DNA of 63,769 nucleotides, the filler included, from Folioceros fuciformis (lineage: Eukaryota): the NCBI GenBank assembly GCA_049999805.1. It is 5 parts of 5 records of this genome, joined end to end, with 100 filler letters (N's around TTAATTAATTAA, not from the genome) between each part and the next. Parts side by side here need not be neighbours in the genome. Positions count along the whole stretch, not along the records: positions 31,392 to 53,324 come from JBNGIO010006114.1; positions 53,425 to 58,366 come from JBNGIO010006121.1; positions 58,467 to 61,665 come from JBNGIO010006124.1; 2 more parts are not named here. One strand, 5' to 3'. The position numbers were made by a program, and so were the translations under genes. The notes under the pieces were generated by a model. That model saw only the letters and a program-made list of their open reading frames with translations. It was not told the DNA's origin and searched no databases. Shown here piece by piece: positions 48,310 to 61,400 of this stretch; within the stretch, counting starts at the first letter, position 1; each line of letters starts with the position of its first letter.

Positions 48310-51300
48310 CTCCCACTTACTGCTGAAACTGTGAATGTTGTGTTGACATAGGTTCTGAAATAAGGCTACGTGAGGAAGAGAGGTGTTGAGAACTGAGGCA
48401 CGCATGAGAGAGGAAGAGCAATTGTCCTATGAGGATAGGAAGAAACGAAACAGTTCAGGTTCCTCTGAAGATTCCTCCAACTCTCAGTCCTTTGAATCTA
48501 GGTTGCTTGGTTCTGACAGCGAAGAAGTGGGCTTCCATGAGTCAGAATCACAGCACTCTGATTTTGAAAGTGAAGAAATGAATTCCCCAAGGACTCTAGA
48601 TTCCATCAACTATCCAACAAGCAACCATTCAAACTCCAACTATAGCTGGGATTAGGCATAGCTTGTTGTTTCCTTTTGTTACTGAGACTCTAGGAAGTCT
48701 TCAGACTTCCCCATACCAAGACTTTTAACATGCCTTGCATGTAGATCCCTTCCAAGGGCTTTGGTAAGTATGTCAGCTGGATTATCAACTGTTGGGATAT
48801 ATTGCAATGTGATTTTTCCAGCTTGCACTAGCTCTCTGATAAAGTGGTATTCCACTTCAACATGCTTGGTTCTTGAGTGAAACACTGGATTTTTGGCTAA
48901 TGCAATTGAGCCTTGGTTGTCTGTGTTTATAGCTCTACAAGTTGGTAAGCTTATGCCCATTTCTTTAAACAATAGCTTGAGCCATACAACTTCTTTAGCA
49001 GCAGCAGTTAGGACTCTATATTCAGCCTCTGTACTGGACAGGGCTATTGTTGGCTGCTTTTTGCTGCTCCAATAGATAGGGCCTCCAGCAAAACAAATAA
49101 CATACCCTGATACTGACTTCCTTCTGTGTATGTCCCCTGCATAGTCAGAGTCAGTATAGACCTCTAGGTCTAGGGCACCCTTTTGATGCTAATACTTCAG
49201 CCTTAAGTCTGCTATACCCTTTAGGTATCTAAACACTTGTTTGAGACTTTGCCAGTATTCTTGACCAGGGTTTTCTAAGTACTGGAATAGCACACTTGTA
49301 GAATATGCTATCTCTAGTCTAGTTGTATTTGAGGCATATATTAATTTCCCTACACCCTTCTTGTAAGGTATGTTAGCCATAGCATCCTTCTCATTTTGTG
49401 TTTCAGGACTCATGTCTTTGTTGAGTTGAAGTCCATTAGGAAGTGGGGTTGCTGCAGGTTTAGCATCCTTAAGCCCCATTTGTTCAGCACTATCTAGGAT
49501 GTACCTAGGCTGAGTTAGAGTGATAAGTCTTCTACTCCTATCTTGCTGAACATGTATTCCTAGATAGCCGTGAAGTGGTCCTAGGTTTGTCATCTCAAAT
49601 TTAACTGCTAACAGTCCATTCAATTCTAGAATGTAGTTAGGGCTGTTGCAAACTAATATCAGGTCGTCTACATAGACAACCAGATAGCAAACCACTTCAC
49701 CTTTCCTTTGGACATACAAACTGCCATCAGCCTTACATTTCTCAAAGCCTAAAGTCTGAAGCTCTTCATCAAGGGCTTCGTTCCACTTTAGAGCTGACTG
49801 TTTAAGGCCATATAGAGTTTTCTTCAAAAGAAGAACATGATCCTCTTTCCCTTTAACCTCATAGCCTGGTGGCTGCTGCATGTAGATTTCTGTGTCAAGC
49901 TTCCGATGAAGGAAAGCTGTCTTCACATCAAATGTTTGTAGCTCATAGTCTTTGAATGCAGCTACTGCGCAGAGAGTTCAAAAGGTAGCCATCTTTACAA
50001 CAGGTGCATATGTCTCAAAATAGTCAAGGCTTGGTACTTGGGAGAAGCCTCAAGCAACAAGGCGAGCTTTGTACCTATCAAAGGTACCATCAGCCTTCAC
50101 TTTGAGCTTGAATACCCACTTGCAAGACACCATTTTTTTTCCTGGAGGTAATTCAGCAAGTTCCCAAGTGCCATTTTTTATTAACGAGTCATACTCTGAC
50201 TATATGGCCTTTTTCCATTCTGTTGAATCAGGTCTGTGAAGGGCTTCTTCATAAGACTGAGGTTTCACAAGGAGAAAAGAAGAAGCTGCATGAGCTTGTG
50301 GCCGAAAGTGTTGTGACTGGTAATAATCAGGGGCTCGGCGGATCCTTGCAGGTTATCGACGCTCAGGAGGTGGATTAGGTGTTTCTTCAACATTTGGAAG
50401 AATGGTAACATCTTTAGGATCAGCTACACTCAATTCTTCAGGTATAGCATCCTCAGTGTTAGGAGCAATTTCAGGATGTGGCTCTTGTATGTTATCATTT
50501 TCAGCTAATACAATCTCCTCCACAGGATCAGCTGCAACTGTGTCTGGTTCAGCAACATCTTCCCCACCTACAGGAGTAGCATCCTCATGAGAAGAATCCT
50601 CAAAGTGTGAAACAGCTGGAAGTGCTGAAAGTTCATCTTCAGCAGCATCTGGAGTTGAGTAACCACCTAGTTGAGTAACTCCCACTGCCCAAGGAACCCG
50701 TTCATCAAAGGTAACACTTTAGGAGTAAATTGCTTGATCTTTTGACACATCATAAAGTTTGTAAGCTTTAATTCCTTCAGTATAGCCCAGCATCATTAAC
50801 TTCTGTGCTGTGTCTAAGAGTTTCTTACATTTCTCCTTAGGAATAAAGGAATAAGCTACACAACCAAATGTGCGAAGATGAAGCACAGAAGGCTTGCGTC
50901 CAGAAAATGCCTCATAAGGAGTCATCCCTACAACTGCATTAGTGGGTAATCTGTTACGTAGATAAACTGCTATAGATAGTGCTTCTGCCCAATAAGGCAA
51001 AGGGAGGTGAGCATGATGAAGTAAAGAAGATGTCATCTCCTGCAAAGTTAAGTTCATATGCTTAGCTACGCCATTCTGTTGTGGAGTGTACACTACTGTC
51101 AGCTAACGTCCAATGCCTTCATCTGCACAGTAGGACTAGAATTCCTTAGAAGTGAATTCCCCACCATTGTCCGAGCGAAGTGTCTTGAGCTGCTTCCCTG
51201 TCCAGCGCTCTACAAACTTAAGGTAAGTTTTGAAATGTGAAAAGCATTCACTCTTAGCCTGAAGGATGTAAGCTGTAACATAACGTGTCTTGTCATCTAT

Positions 51301-53324
51301 AAAGGTGAGAAAATATCTCCCACCACCCAGGGAAGGTTGTGACAATGGTCCACATAAGTCAATGTGGACAAGCTCCAAGACCTCTTAAGCTCGGTGTGGA
51401 TTCTGGTTTTTAAAAGCTGCTTGGTGCCTCTTAAAGAGTACACAGATTCACAAAGAGGTAAGGTGACCAAAGGTCCAATTGGCCCATCAGCATAGAGGGT
51501 GCTTACAGCTAACTTCTGTAACTTTGCACTATGTGGATGGCCAAGCCTAGCATGCCACAGCTGACTCTTTGCTACTTGCTGTGCAGAAGCTAGGGCACTA
51601 TCTTGTGTAAGATGAGAAGTAGGCTTCCCACTCCGAGTATGAAGACGAAACAGGTCATGATCTGATGATCCATAAGCCAAAACCTTGCTACGATCATAAG
51701 CATCTATCACCTGACATTCAGTAGTTGTAAATAAAACATGACTGTTGTTATCTGAATTTAGTCTTCTAACTGAAACTAAGTTTCTGGTCATGTCAGGTAC
51801 GTAATACACATCATTCAAAATTAGTGTAACTCTAGATGGGACCAACAGGTGCACTGTGCCTATGCCAGGGGAGACTAGTGAACGATCATCCCCAAGGTAA
51901 ACATATTGATCCTTAGCTGACCTATATGTTTTGTAAGCATTTTTGTCAAAACAGATATGTGCTGTTGCACCTGTGTCTAAGTACCTTTCTGCTAATGGTC
52001 TTATCTCTATCTTTGTAGATAGGCAAGTAGGGAGCAGAAGTGGGTTAGAAAATTCCCTTGTACTCACAGTGAGAGCAGAAGGAGTGTTATTTTTCTTTAC
52101 CACCACATGATTTTGAACTGGACTGCTTTCCTTACGAGGCTGGCCACCTTGTTTCTTGCGACACTCACACTCCCAGTGTCCTGGCATTTTGCACCAGTTG
52201 CAAGTGCCACTTCTTTTGACACCAGGTTTCTTAGTATTACTTGTTGAGGGTCCAGATTGAGAGCTACTGCCTCTATAAGTATTTGCACTTCCTCCCCGGA
52301 AGTTGCCTCTCATACCTCCTCCTCTACCCCTTCTTGAAGTGTAGAGGGCTTGCTGCCTCCCAGGTCTTCCACTAAGAGTGCCTCTTGTAGCTTCCTCCTA
52401 TAGTAGAGCTCCCACTAACTCAAAAAATGTAACCTCAGGGAGCTTAACCTTGGCTACCTCGGCAAACTTCTCAGATTGCATTTGAGAGGTGTTGAAAGAT
52501 GTCACAAAATGTGACCAGGAGGGTGGCAAAGAAAGTAACATGTACATAACCAAAAGTTCATCCTTCAAAGGCTCCCTAGAAGAACTTTCCAGCTTTGAAA
52601 CTAGGGTCCCTGAAATGCCCCACATGCTTCTCAATAGATTCTCTTTCCTTCATCTTAAGGTTGTGGAGATTTTTGAGAGCAGTCATCTAGCTTGTAGTAT
52701 TAGAACCAGAGTACAGATCCTGGAGACGATTCCACACATCCTCAGCAGTGTCAGCTCCAACAGTCTGCCTTAACATGTCTGATGTTAAGCCACTTCGGAG
52801 CAGATACAAGGCTGCGTCGTTTTTTACTGTCCATGCATCTTTGTCTTCCTGCCTTGATGATGTTGGTTTCTCCGTTCCTTCTGTAATTTTCCAGAGTTTC
52901 TTAGCCTGGAGGGCTCCCTTCAATTCTCATAACCCATATATCATAGTCATAACCTCCAAATCTGTCCTTCTCTTTGAAGGTATCATATGAAATGGCAATG
53001 GAGGTAGAAGCTGGGTCTGCCATATTGGAGGTATATGTGCTTGTAGGGTTAACGTTAGGCACTGCATCTATGTCAGTATCTAATTCAACATCACTATCAT
53101 GCTCAGATGCAGACATAGTGTGGAGGCAAAACCCCGGGCACTGATTGCCGACGGGTTCCACCTTTAGTGGCCACACTTATCCCACTGTCGTTGAGACATT
53201 GGGTTTCGTTCCCACGAAGGAGCGATGGGGTTCCTTGCTGCTGTGGATGGAGGGTCGGACTTGATCAACTCGATGATGGATTCGAGGGCTCCCCTCCAGC
53301 TCCGATCAGGCGTAGGACAGGCCT
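48310..53324 (-). mobile_element. Ty1/Copia retrotransposon #3 (degenerate, related to #1): gag with zinc knuckle, protease, integrase, RT, RNase H
   Basis: CNWCKMPGHWECEC, YLDTGATAH, LWHARLGH, ELVHIDLCGP, VERWTGKQLKTLRSDNGGEF (shared with #1), YVDD, SRTKHVEVEYH. PPT-like ctcccactta at 48310. LTRs were not recognised and the 5' end lies in the gap. Confidence 0.93.
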
Positions 53325-53423
53325 NNNNNNNNNNNNNNNNNNNNNNNNNNNNNNNNNNNNNNNNNNNNTTAATTAATTAANNNNNNNNNNNNNNNNNNNN
53401 NNNNNNNNNNNNNNNNNNNNNNN

Positions 53424-54425
53424 NGTGAGCCAAAGCTGGTAGGTTTCATCGCTCTGGCCCTGCCCCGCGCGCACCGGGTACGACATGAAGCGGCCGATAT
53501 CGCCCTCTGCAGTTCCATCCACGATGAGGCTGCGCAGGTGCGCGTTGTTGTTGAAGCGAAGGCGGGCTGCGTCCAGCGGGGTGGAGGACGCGAAGCCAGT
53601 GCGCACTGAGTCTTTGATTAAATTGACCACCGTGGGCGTGACCTCCGGGCGATGGCGCGCGTCTCGGTAGGGACTGTACAGGCCGGGGTATTCTGTGGGA
53701 TTCCGAAAGAATTTTGGGAGAGTATGGGGGAGGTGGGTGAAGTGCGGGCTCTGGTTATCCCAATTCCAGAATGGCAGCGCGAAGGTGTCATCGCCCACCA
53801 GTCTGGCCAAAATCCTCTCGAAGAAGAAGGTGTACCTGGTGATCCACGTCCAAACATCCATGAGGCGTCATGGTTAGGGCTGTGCACAATTGCGATCAGC
53901 ATATGCATTGACTGAATAGCGTGTGGGATGGAGGAGGTGGGAGGCGGGAGCTCACCAGCGGTGGAATGGCAGGAAATACCAGTTGCCGTGAATCCCGTAC
54001 GCGAGATCAGGACGACCGAGTTGGTGCACCACACCGGGACCGTAGACGCAGTGGAAGTTCATCTGCTGGAAAAGAGACCTTGGGTCAGAGCTGGGCAGCG
54101 CCTTTATGATCTGGAACGCCCGGTCCAGCTGCCGAATGTAGGTCTCGTTCTCGGCGATGAGGTGCGCGGCAGGCCGCACCCTCGGCTTGGCAGGGAGCGG
54201 GTTCTGCTCCAAGTACTGCTTCCAGGTCTTGTACTCCGGCTCCGGCTGCCTTATCAATTTGGTGAGCGTGCAGCAATTGGGCCGCAGGTGCGGCCCACCC
54301 TCGAGGATGGTGAACTCCGGCCGTGGATTGCAGTCCGCGAAATCGGCCTGCATCGGCGCCGCTCTTGCTCCGCCTCCGGCCCACGCCACCAGCAGCAGGA
54401 TCCGGAGTAGAAGGAAACCCACCAT
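53424..54425 (-). CDS. PPO: Polyphenol oxidase/tyrosinase (type-3 copper), N-terminal half; 3' end in gap
   Basis: Signal-peptide-like MVGFLLLRILLLVAWAGGGARA, then NCC, RVRPAAH, KALPSSDPRSLFQQMNFHCVY, CuA IHGNWYFLPFHRWYTFFFERIL, FALPFWNWD. GT-AG intron at 53955-53836 (120 bp). Confidence 0.92.
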
Positions 54426-55286
54426 CCAGCCTCCACCGCCGCACACCACTCCAGCTGCAAGCAAACTGTAGGCTGAGGGTTGCAGGGTGGAGATGGGAGT
54501 TGGAATGGCATCAATGTGCTGTGCCACAGGAGGAAGCTTGAAGCTCGACCAGCGTCCAAATCGAGGCCCTCTCGCCCCAGATCCGAGGCCCGTCTAGCGT
54601 TTATGTACCCACGAGACTTGGTGGGCGGTCGGTGACGGGGCAAAGATGTGTGCCCTTGTGCTGCCTGGAGCATCAGCCGCTGGGTGCAAGCCCCTGATCC
54701 ATGGTGTTGCGAAAACAAGGGGAAGCCCGCGGCCAGCAACGTGGGGCCCGCCTCGGCCGGTACGAAGGGTGCCCGACTCACCACGGCACACTCATCCCCA
54801 CGCCAATCTACTCACGAGCAACCAGCCCAAACGTCGCTCTGCCAATTTCCAAATTCGAAAGTCTTGCGTGGTCTGTTGTCTGCCCTTCGTTTTACCCGTC
54901 GCTAACCAGGTTTTGGGATTGAAAGAGAAGGACGGGGGACCCTTCACCGCCGTCAAAGGCACCCCTCCAGAGATGCCCAAACCAGCATTCGTTGCCTTTG
55001 CCCTCTATACTTGCATCCACGGCATTCGATCGACAGGCTGCAGGTGAATGGAAATTGCATAAACTACGCTCGAGCGTTCCAGGCTGGTGAACTGATCATT
55101 GCTCCAGCGTGACAGTGACGATGACCACACGTTATGTAACAAGGCCCGGCAGATTTCCCATTTATCATGGCTGCATGTTGTAGTGGCCATTTCGCAGTCT
55201 CCATTTCCATGTGTTGCCGTGTGGGATTTGCATATTATTGAGCATCTAGCTCGAACTTGACTCGCCTGATTTGTGCTGTATTTGGG

Positions 55287-55411
55287 TGATGGATCGGTGG
55301 TTTCCGTTGTATTTATTGGATGTGATGGATCGGTGGATTCCGTTGTATGTATCGGATGTGATGGATCGGTGGTTTCCGTTGCACGTATCGGATGTGATGG
55401 ATCGGTGGTTT
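55287..55411. repeat. 36-bp tandem repeat, ~3.5 copies, upstream of PPO
   Basis: Unit gtgatggatcggtggwttccgttgyaygtatcggat. Confidence 0.85.
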
Positions 55412-56499
55412 ACATTTCTCCACTTGTGTATGTCTGTCGGGCCGTCCGAAGGTCCCCGCACCCCACATCTACTGTAACATTTTTGCAGCCATAATGGGTC
55501 TAGAACTACCAAACCGCAAAGCTCCAACGAAACTTCTCACGCGCATCGCGGCCTTTCAATCAACACGTGTGTATAGGGGCCTTTTAATGACACCCGCACA
55601 CTCTGCATCCCGACACGTCCGGTCTGCCTGCAATATGGGCCCACAAGTCGGCAGCAATCATACGGTTGGGGCATTACTTGGGCATCTTTAAATATTTGGA
55701 GCACTGCAGTTTCTTTTTCTTTTTTATCAGAAAGTGTAGTGACTAAAGCCGTCTACGACGATTTAAAGAGCTTTTTTTTTTTTTTTTTTTTCTGTACGTA
55801 GATCGGAACGCCTTTCGATTTTTGAATAATTTATTGTTATTGCACACATAAATCAACTGGCATTGGACTAGGTAAGGCTCTTGTTGGTCACCTTTCCAAA
55901 GACAAGCCCAGCATGTAGCCTACAAAGGAAAGGCCAGTGGACTTCGCTCTACCGTCTATGTGCCAAAAGCTAGGCCCATTCGAATTTAACTACGTGATCT
56001 AGCCTGGGCAATATGAAGCAGGACACAGTCACATGGATTTGCCATGTACATGATACCCATGGTAACATACTATGAAACTCAATGCAATTACAAGATACTC
56101 TTGTTGGGCCCTCCCTTCTTCCTCTTCCTCTTGCTCTTCAACATTCGCTTCGCGCTTCGTCAAACATGTGCGTGAAAGCGCCCTGTAGAGGTTGGTTTTC
56201 ATGAGTCCTTACATTGGTTCTAGATGTTGATCTTTGAGGGTTGCCTTCCACTACTACTTGGATTTCCTGTGTATCGTCAACAGCATCTCATATACCTTAG
56301 CTTTGATGAGCTCTTATGCCCGTAGTTGTAGAGTGCCATCACGTTTTCAAGAGAATCCATATGCCAATATAAATGTTTATGAAATAATAAGTCGATCTAG
56401 TTTTGCCGCACAACGGTTGCGCTACTATTTCCCATGCCTCCTAGTTTCTCGTGACAAGCATATCTCCTCCACAAGATATCTTCCTTCAAAGGCATTAAC

Positions 56500-57900
56500 A
56501 TTTTCTGTTACCCACTATTGCATGAGAAGGGATGGTTCTAGAGTTATAGAATCTACCTTTTCGACATGAGCACTCCAACAAGGCCCATTCTGATCATCAC
56601 TGTCACACGGCACCGCAATCACATCGCCTTGTTTGATTTTGACATTGACTTCAAGCTTCGCACCCTCCAATGGAGTTGTCATCATGGAGCAATATGGTCC
56701 TAGATTCATGTGTCTTAGCTCTGGCAGCCTTCTACCTGCTTCTTGTTCAACATGAACAGGATAATTATTTGCCCGTATAGTACGGTTTGTCTCTTCCTCC
56801 CTATTGTACCATACCCAAAAAGCGTTTAATTGTTGCTGCTCTCCATGGACGATTTTATGGGTGTTATCCTCCTACGACATTCGAAATGACTACTGCCACC
56901 ACTCCTTATCTTTATTGCTTAGATATTTTACTATCAAGACTTTGAGGATTTTTTTCTAATCTATGCCAAAAAATGTAATGGTCCATTACATTTTTTGGAC
57001 TCTTATCCAAGATTTGAGTCCTGTTGCTTCCCATGAATCTAAAGTGAACAAAGTGGTGCACCAACAATAGGAGTGGTAGAAATCTATGATAAAAATTCAA
57101 GACCCTCCAATGGCTCTTACTGGGAGATATCAACAATTGCTTTCCATATCAAACTATTACCATCTCCCCTCCGCATCGTTCCTCCCATATTTATTGTGAA
57201 CTAATGGTGGTAGCTATGATTATGTATGTTTATAGACCACTGCGTCATTCACTCATACCATTTGGCCAAACCTAACATCTAAAGTCCATAACATTTGTAA
57301 TAATTTGCATATTCGAATTCGGCGTGTACAATTGTGTTATGAGTTGCAACATAATACCCAAAGATAGAGCCTTCTTATGTTTAAGCATTTTGGGAAAGCA
57401 AGAGAACATTTGGTCAACTGCATAATACATATGGCTGATCATCAAAAATCCAATCTTGATCTTTTCAAAAATACCTTTCTCTACCAACATATACAGATAT
57501 GCAAACAAAGCATATTCTTGTTTTCTCGTGCAATATTGTCGTGTTATAGATAAAACATCTATGGCAATACCCCCTCGTAGTTAGAAACGACATCCTATAT
57601 GATATGAATATACAACATCCTATATGATATGAATATTCAAGTTGGCATCATTTTGAATGTTCAGGAAGTTATGAAATACCTTCGTTCTCATTCTCATATT
57701 GTAGACAAGGGAGCCCACTACATGCATGTGAATGCTCTTTGCAAAATCCTTTGGAGGTCTAGTGAAACGGGGTAGTTCCGTTTTGCTCTGGTCCATTCCA
57801 TCTATTGTCATCCTAATATATTGACTGGCTCGACCTTGACACTTTAGTCGATGCTTTCCCAACTTTGCTCTCTCTTCCTTAATATGATCTTAATGCTCTC
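56500..57900 (-). mobile_element. Decayed DDD-type DNA transposase (Sola-like/DUF7869-like)
   Basis: MTIDGMDQSKTELP, HVVGSLV, DANLNIHII, LP*MFYL*HDNIARENKN, LVEKGIFEKIKIGFLMISHMYYAVDQMFS. This matches my recollection of the DGMDQ / DN..RENKN / GHTHEDVDQ.FS motif series. Many stops and a 28-bp duplication at ~57590-57645. Confidence 0.65.
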
Positions 57901-58466
57901 ATAGCTTTTCTTCGTGGAGTTTTGGAAATAGACAACATACATTGATTATGAATGTTACATGCACAACATCAATTACACCGTAGGCAAAGTTATTGGCTGC
58001 AGTCGTTGACAAGGCTAAGTCCACGCCACATAGGGCCATGGTGCCCACTTGGGCGCAACATGACCAAGCGAAACATGCTAATGTTGTCGAGGCTCAACCC
58101 CTTCCTTTCGCATTGAAGAGAAAAAGAGTCGATCCATTAGGAGAGGTGTGGGCAAGCGCATCTGGTACCCCTACCAGGCACCCGCTCACATATATCGTGG
58201 CCACATCAATCCCACGGTCGTTGTAGGCTTCCTCGGAATTGCGACATCGGCGAAAAGCGACATCGGCGAGAAGAGATTCGTCCAGCCCGCTAATCAAGAC
58301 GGCGCGTGCAACGTAATTCAGGTTCGCCCACTTGTCCTTTTCTTCTTGTGTGGCAGATTGTGCCGGNNNNNNNNNNNNNNNNNNNNNNNNNNNNNNNNNN
58401 NNNNNNNNNNTTAATTAATTAANNNNNNNNNNNNNNNNNNNNNNNNNNNNNNNNNNNNNNNNNNNN

Positions 58467-61400
58467 GCCACGGTTGCGTGCCGCTTCATCCATTGCTGCA
58501 AATTGGCGTGCAGTCTCCGGAGAGAAATCATCCCCTTCCTCCCTCCTTCTCTTACGTGTACGTACTGGACTGAGGTCCTCCTCCACTGACTTCAAGGCCC
58601 TCAAGGCGCCATCAATCCTACTGACAAACTTCTCAACATCTTCTTCAGTGAGGGGGGCTTCTGGAGTTTGTAATGCCATGTGCAGCGCCTCTCTCCAATC
58701 AGTAATGGCCTTGTTCACACGACCTTCAAATGCCTTCACTGCATCAGCAACCCGATCCGATCCTGGAATACCTATTGTTCGGTGTTCTCGCGCGGCTTCT
58801 TCCAGTTTCAGTAGAAATTTGGCCCTCCCAAATGGCTCCATCTCGTATTTTGCACGTATGTCACAAAGTTCCTTGTCCTCAGTGCACTTATCCCCAGCCT
58901 CAGCTAATGGGTTCGAATATTTGGCGGGAATTCTGAAGAACCTTCCCTTCTCCAAACTCCAATGGCCTCCAAAGTTCCTACAGAATAGCTCACGCTGCAC
59001 GTCATTCTCTATGGCGCGTGCCCGCGACTCCACCTCAAAGTCGGACGTCATCCAAAACATAGCATCCACCAACGTAGATGTATACATATCGTGTCGCTGC
59101 GTCTCGGGGTCCCACTGCATCGGTTTTCCCCAGAACTTGTAGTTCAAGAACATGTGAGGCTCCTGGTCCAAAGGGAGCGTCCATCGATTGTATTCGTGGC
59201 CATGCGGCATCTTGTCAAGGATCCCATACAACTCATAGAGCCTTCGTGGAAGTGGAGCTCCACAACACATGCAAGAAGGTTTCCGGATTGCAACACGTGT
59301 CAGACAAGTTACATGGTACCTGTGCCCACACGTGCCCAACTGAAAACATCCTTCCGGTCCAAACCCTTCTAAACATAGAGCGCATGTGGACTCATCCATC
59401 ATCCATTTTGGAGGATAGCCTGGATGCACTACCGCCTTCAAATCGGGGTCCAAGTCCGCGGTCTTTACTGGGTATGGAGTCCAGCCTTCCTCCACTTCGA
59501 TGGCCCAGTTCACAGCCCCTTTTCGATTCTCGTTGCTATGAATCAGCCTCTCCATCATCTTTGCTTCGTCTGCCCAATGTGTAACGACTGGAGGGGGTGC
59601 ATCTGCTAGCCACGCCTTAGAATCTCTTGGTGCGTCGCCGATGCTGCTTACGCTGCTTGGACAAAGTAGTGCTCGCATTGCTAACTTCTGCTTAGCAAGC
59701 ACAATTCGCTTCTCCTTGACATTCGCATTGAATGCCCAATTGAGCCATGTTGTTGCCTCTGGCAAATCAGAAGTTGGGGCATCTACTATGGAGGACTTCG
59801 TGATGTCTGCCACTCGCTTCTCCGCCGCAGCAGCCACTGCTTGGTTGAATACGATATGCTCGTGCTCCGTACGTACATCTTTCAACTTGCCCTCCTCGAT
59901 GAGTACTTGTACACGGCTTTCGGCCTCCTTCAAAACATCCCTTTCAAATGTTGCGTCAATGAAGGCTGTCTTCCCTATACGGATCCCTTCTTCAATCTTC
60001 ATTCGGATCTCTGCTCTTTCCTTTGCTACTTGCTCCTTCACTCTTTGAGCAATCTCCGCACCAACCCAAGTCTGGTGAAGCTCGTGTGGTTGTTGCATTT
60101 GGAGTTCGAGCTCAGATGTTTCTCCAATGGGCTTTGCATTACTTAGGGCCAAGTCATCTTCAACGGGCAAGCGTATTCCCTCGTGCACCAGAGTTGTGGC
60201 TAGTGCTCTTCTCGGAAAGAAGCTGTGGTCCAAAGGCAGAGACAGCTGCTCCTCAGAATCCGTGCCAATGCCTACGGGACTACAGGATACAACAATACCA
60301 GTACGGGGAGGTCGTAGCTGCCCTTTCCTTCGTCCAGCATTTTTGTCTGGACTATCTCCGAGAACCTCCTGCGTTAGATTGTCCACCATATTTCCAACAG
60401 CTTGCTCGTCCACCGTTCGCTGCAAGTCCTCAATTTTTTTCAGCAAGCGCTGCACCTCGGCCTTGTCTTCGTTGCTACTGAAAGAGGACCTCTGTAGCCG
60501 CATTGCCTTCTCCGCCTCGTACATCTGGGTGACTTCTCGAATCTGTGCTCGGCATCTATCCAAGTCGTCATTCCTATTTTCCAGGGCACTCTCCGCGGAT
60601 GATAAGGTCACTTGTATCACTTCCACATCAAGGCGCAACGCTGCGGCTTCTGCATTGGCATTATTCAACTTGATATTCAAAGCATCCACCTCCTGATGCA
60701 TGCTTTGAACATCTACTTTTGTGGAAGATGATGCAAACGTGCCGTCGAGTACATCCGTGCGCAGCTGTGCTAATTCAGACTCCAAGGCCTCATTCTTTTG
60801 CCTCAGCTGTTGCAAATCCTGTACTGCCTTGTCATTTTCCTGAGCTTGGAGGTTGTACAGTTCGAGCTCACGCTTCTTCTCTTCGACTTCTACTTGTAGC
60901 TTACGAGAAATAACCTTCAAGCCCTCAAGAGCAACCCGGGGATCCTCGAAAGTGTCATCCATCCACTCAGCTCGAGTTTGGCTTCCTTCGCCCAGCTGTA
61001 CACCTCCACATGGTTGTACAACTTCTGCTGTTTCCAGTGCAACAACCGCAGGAGCATTAACTTCAACGGCAGGTTCCGCGCCACTCCCATCAGCCCCCAT
61101 TGGAATTCTACCCGTTGCAAGCGAGTCAAGATGCTCGATCCCAGGTACATATGAATCCACAATGTCACAACGATCATAGGATGATCGCGAAGATGCCTTC
61201 TTAGTAACAATGGTCTTCCAATCCACTTTTCGATGGAGTATGAGTTCGGCGTACACCATGGCCAACAAGTTGTAAGATGCTTTGGCTTTTAGGGACTCGT
61301 TCCCAGGAAAGAGTACTTGAGTCACTTCTAACAAGCGATGCTTGAAGTGAGGGTCCTTGCATGTGCGAGTACGGGCCACCCCTTGTTTGTGGTGTAATTC

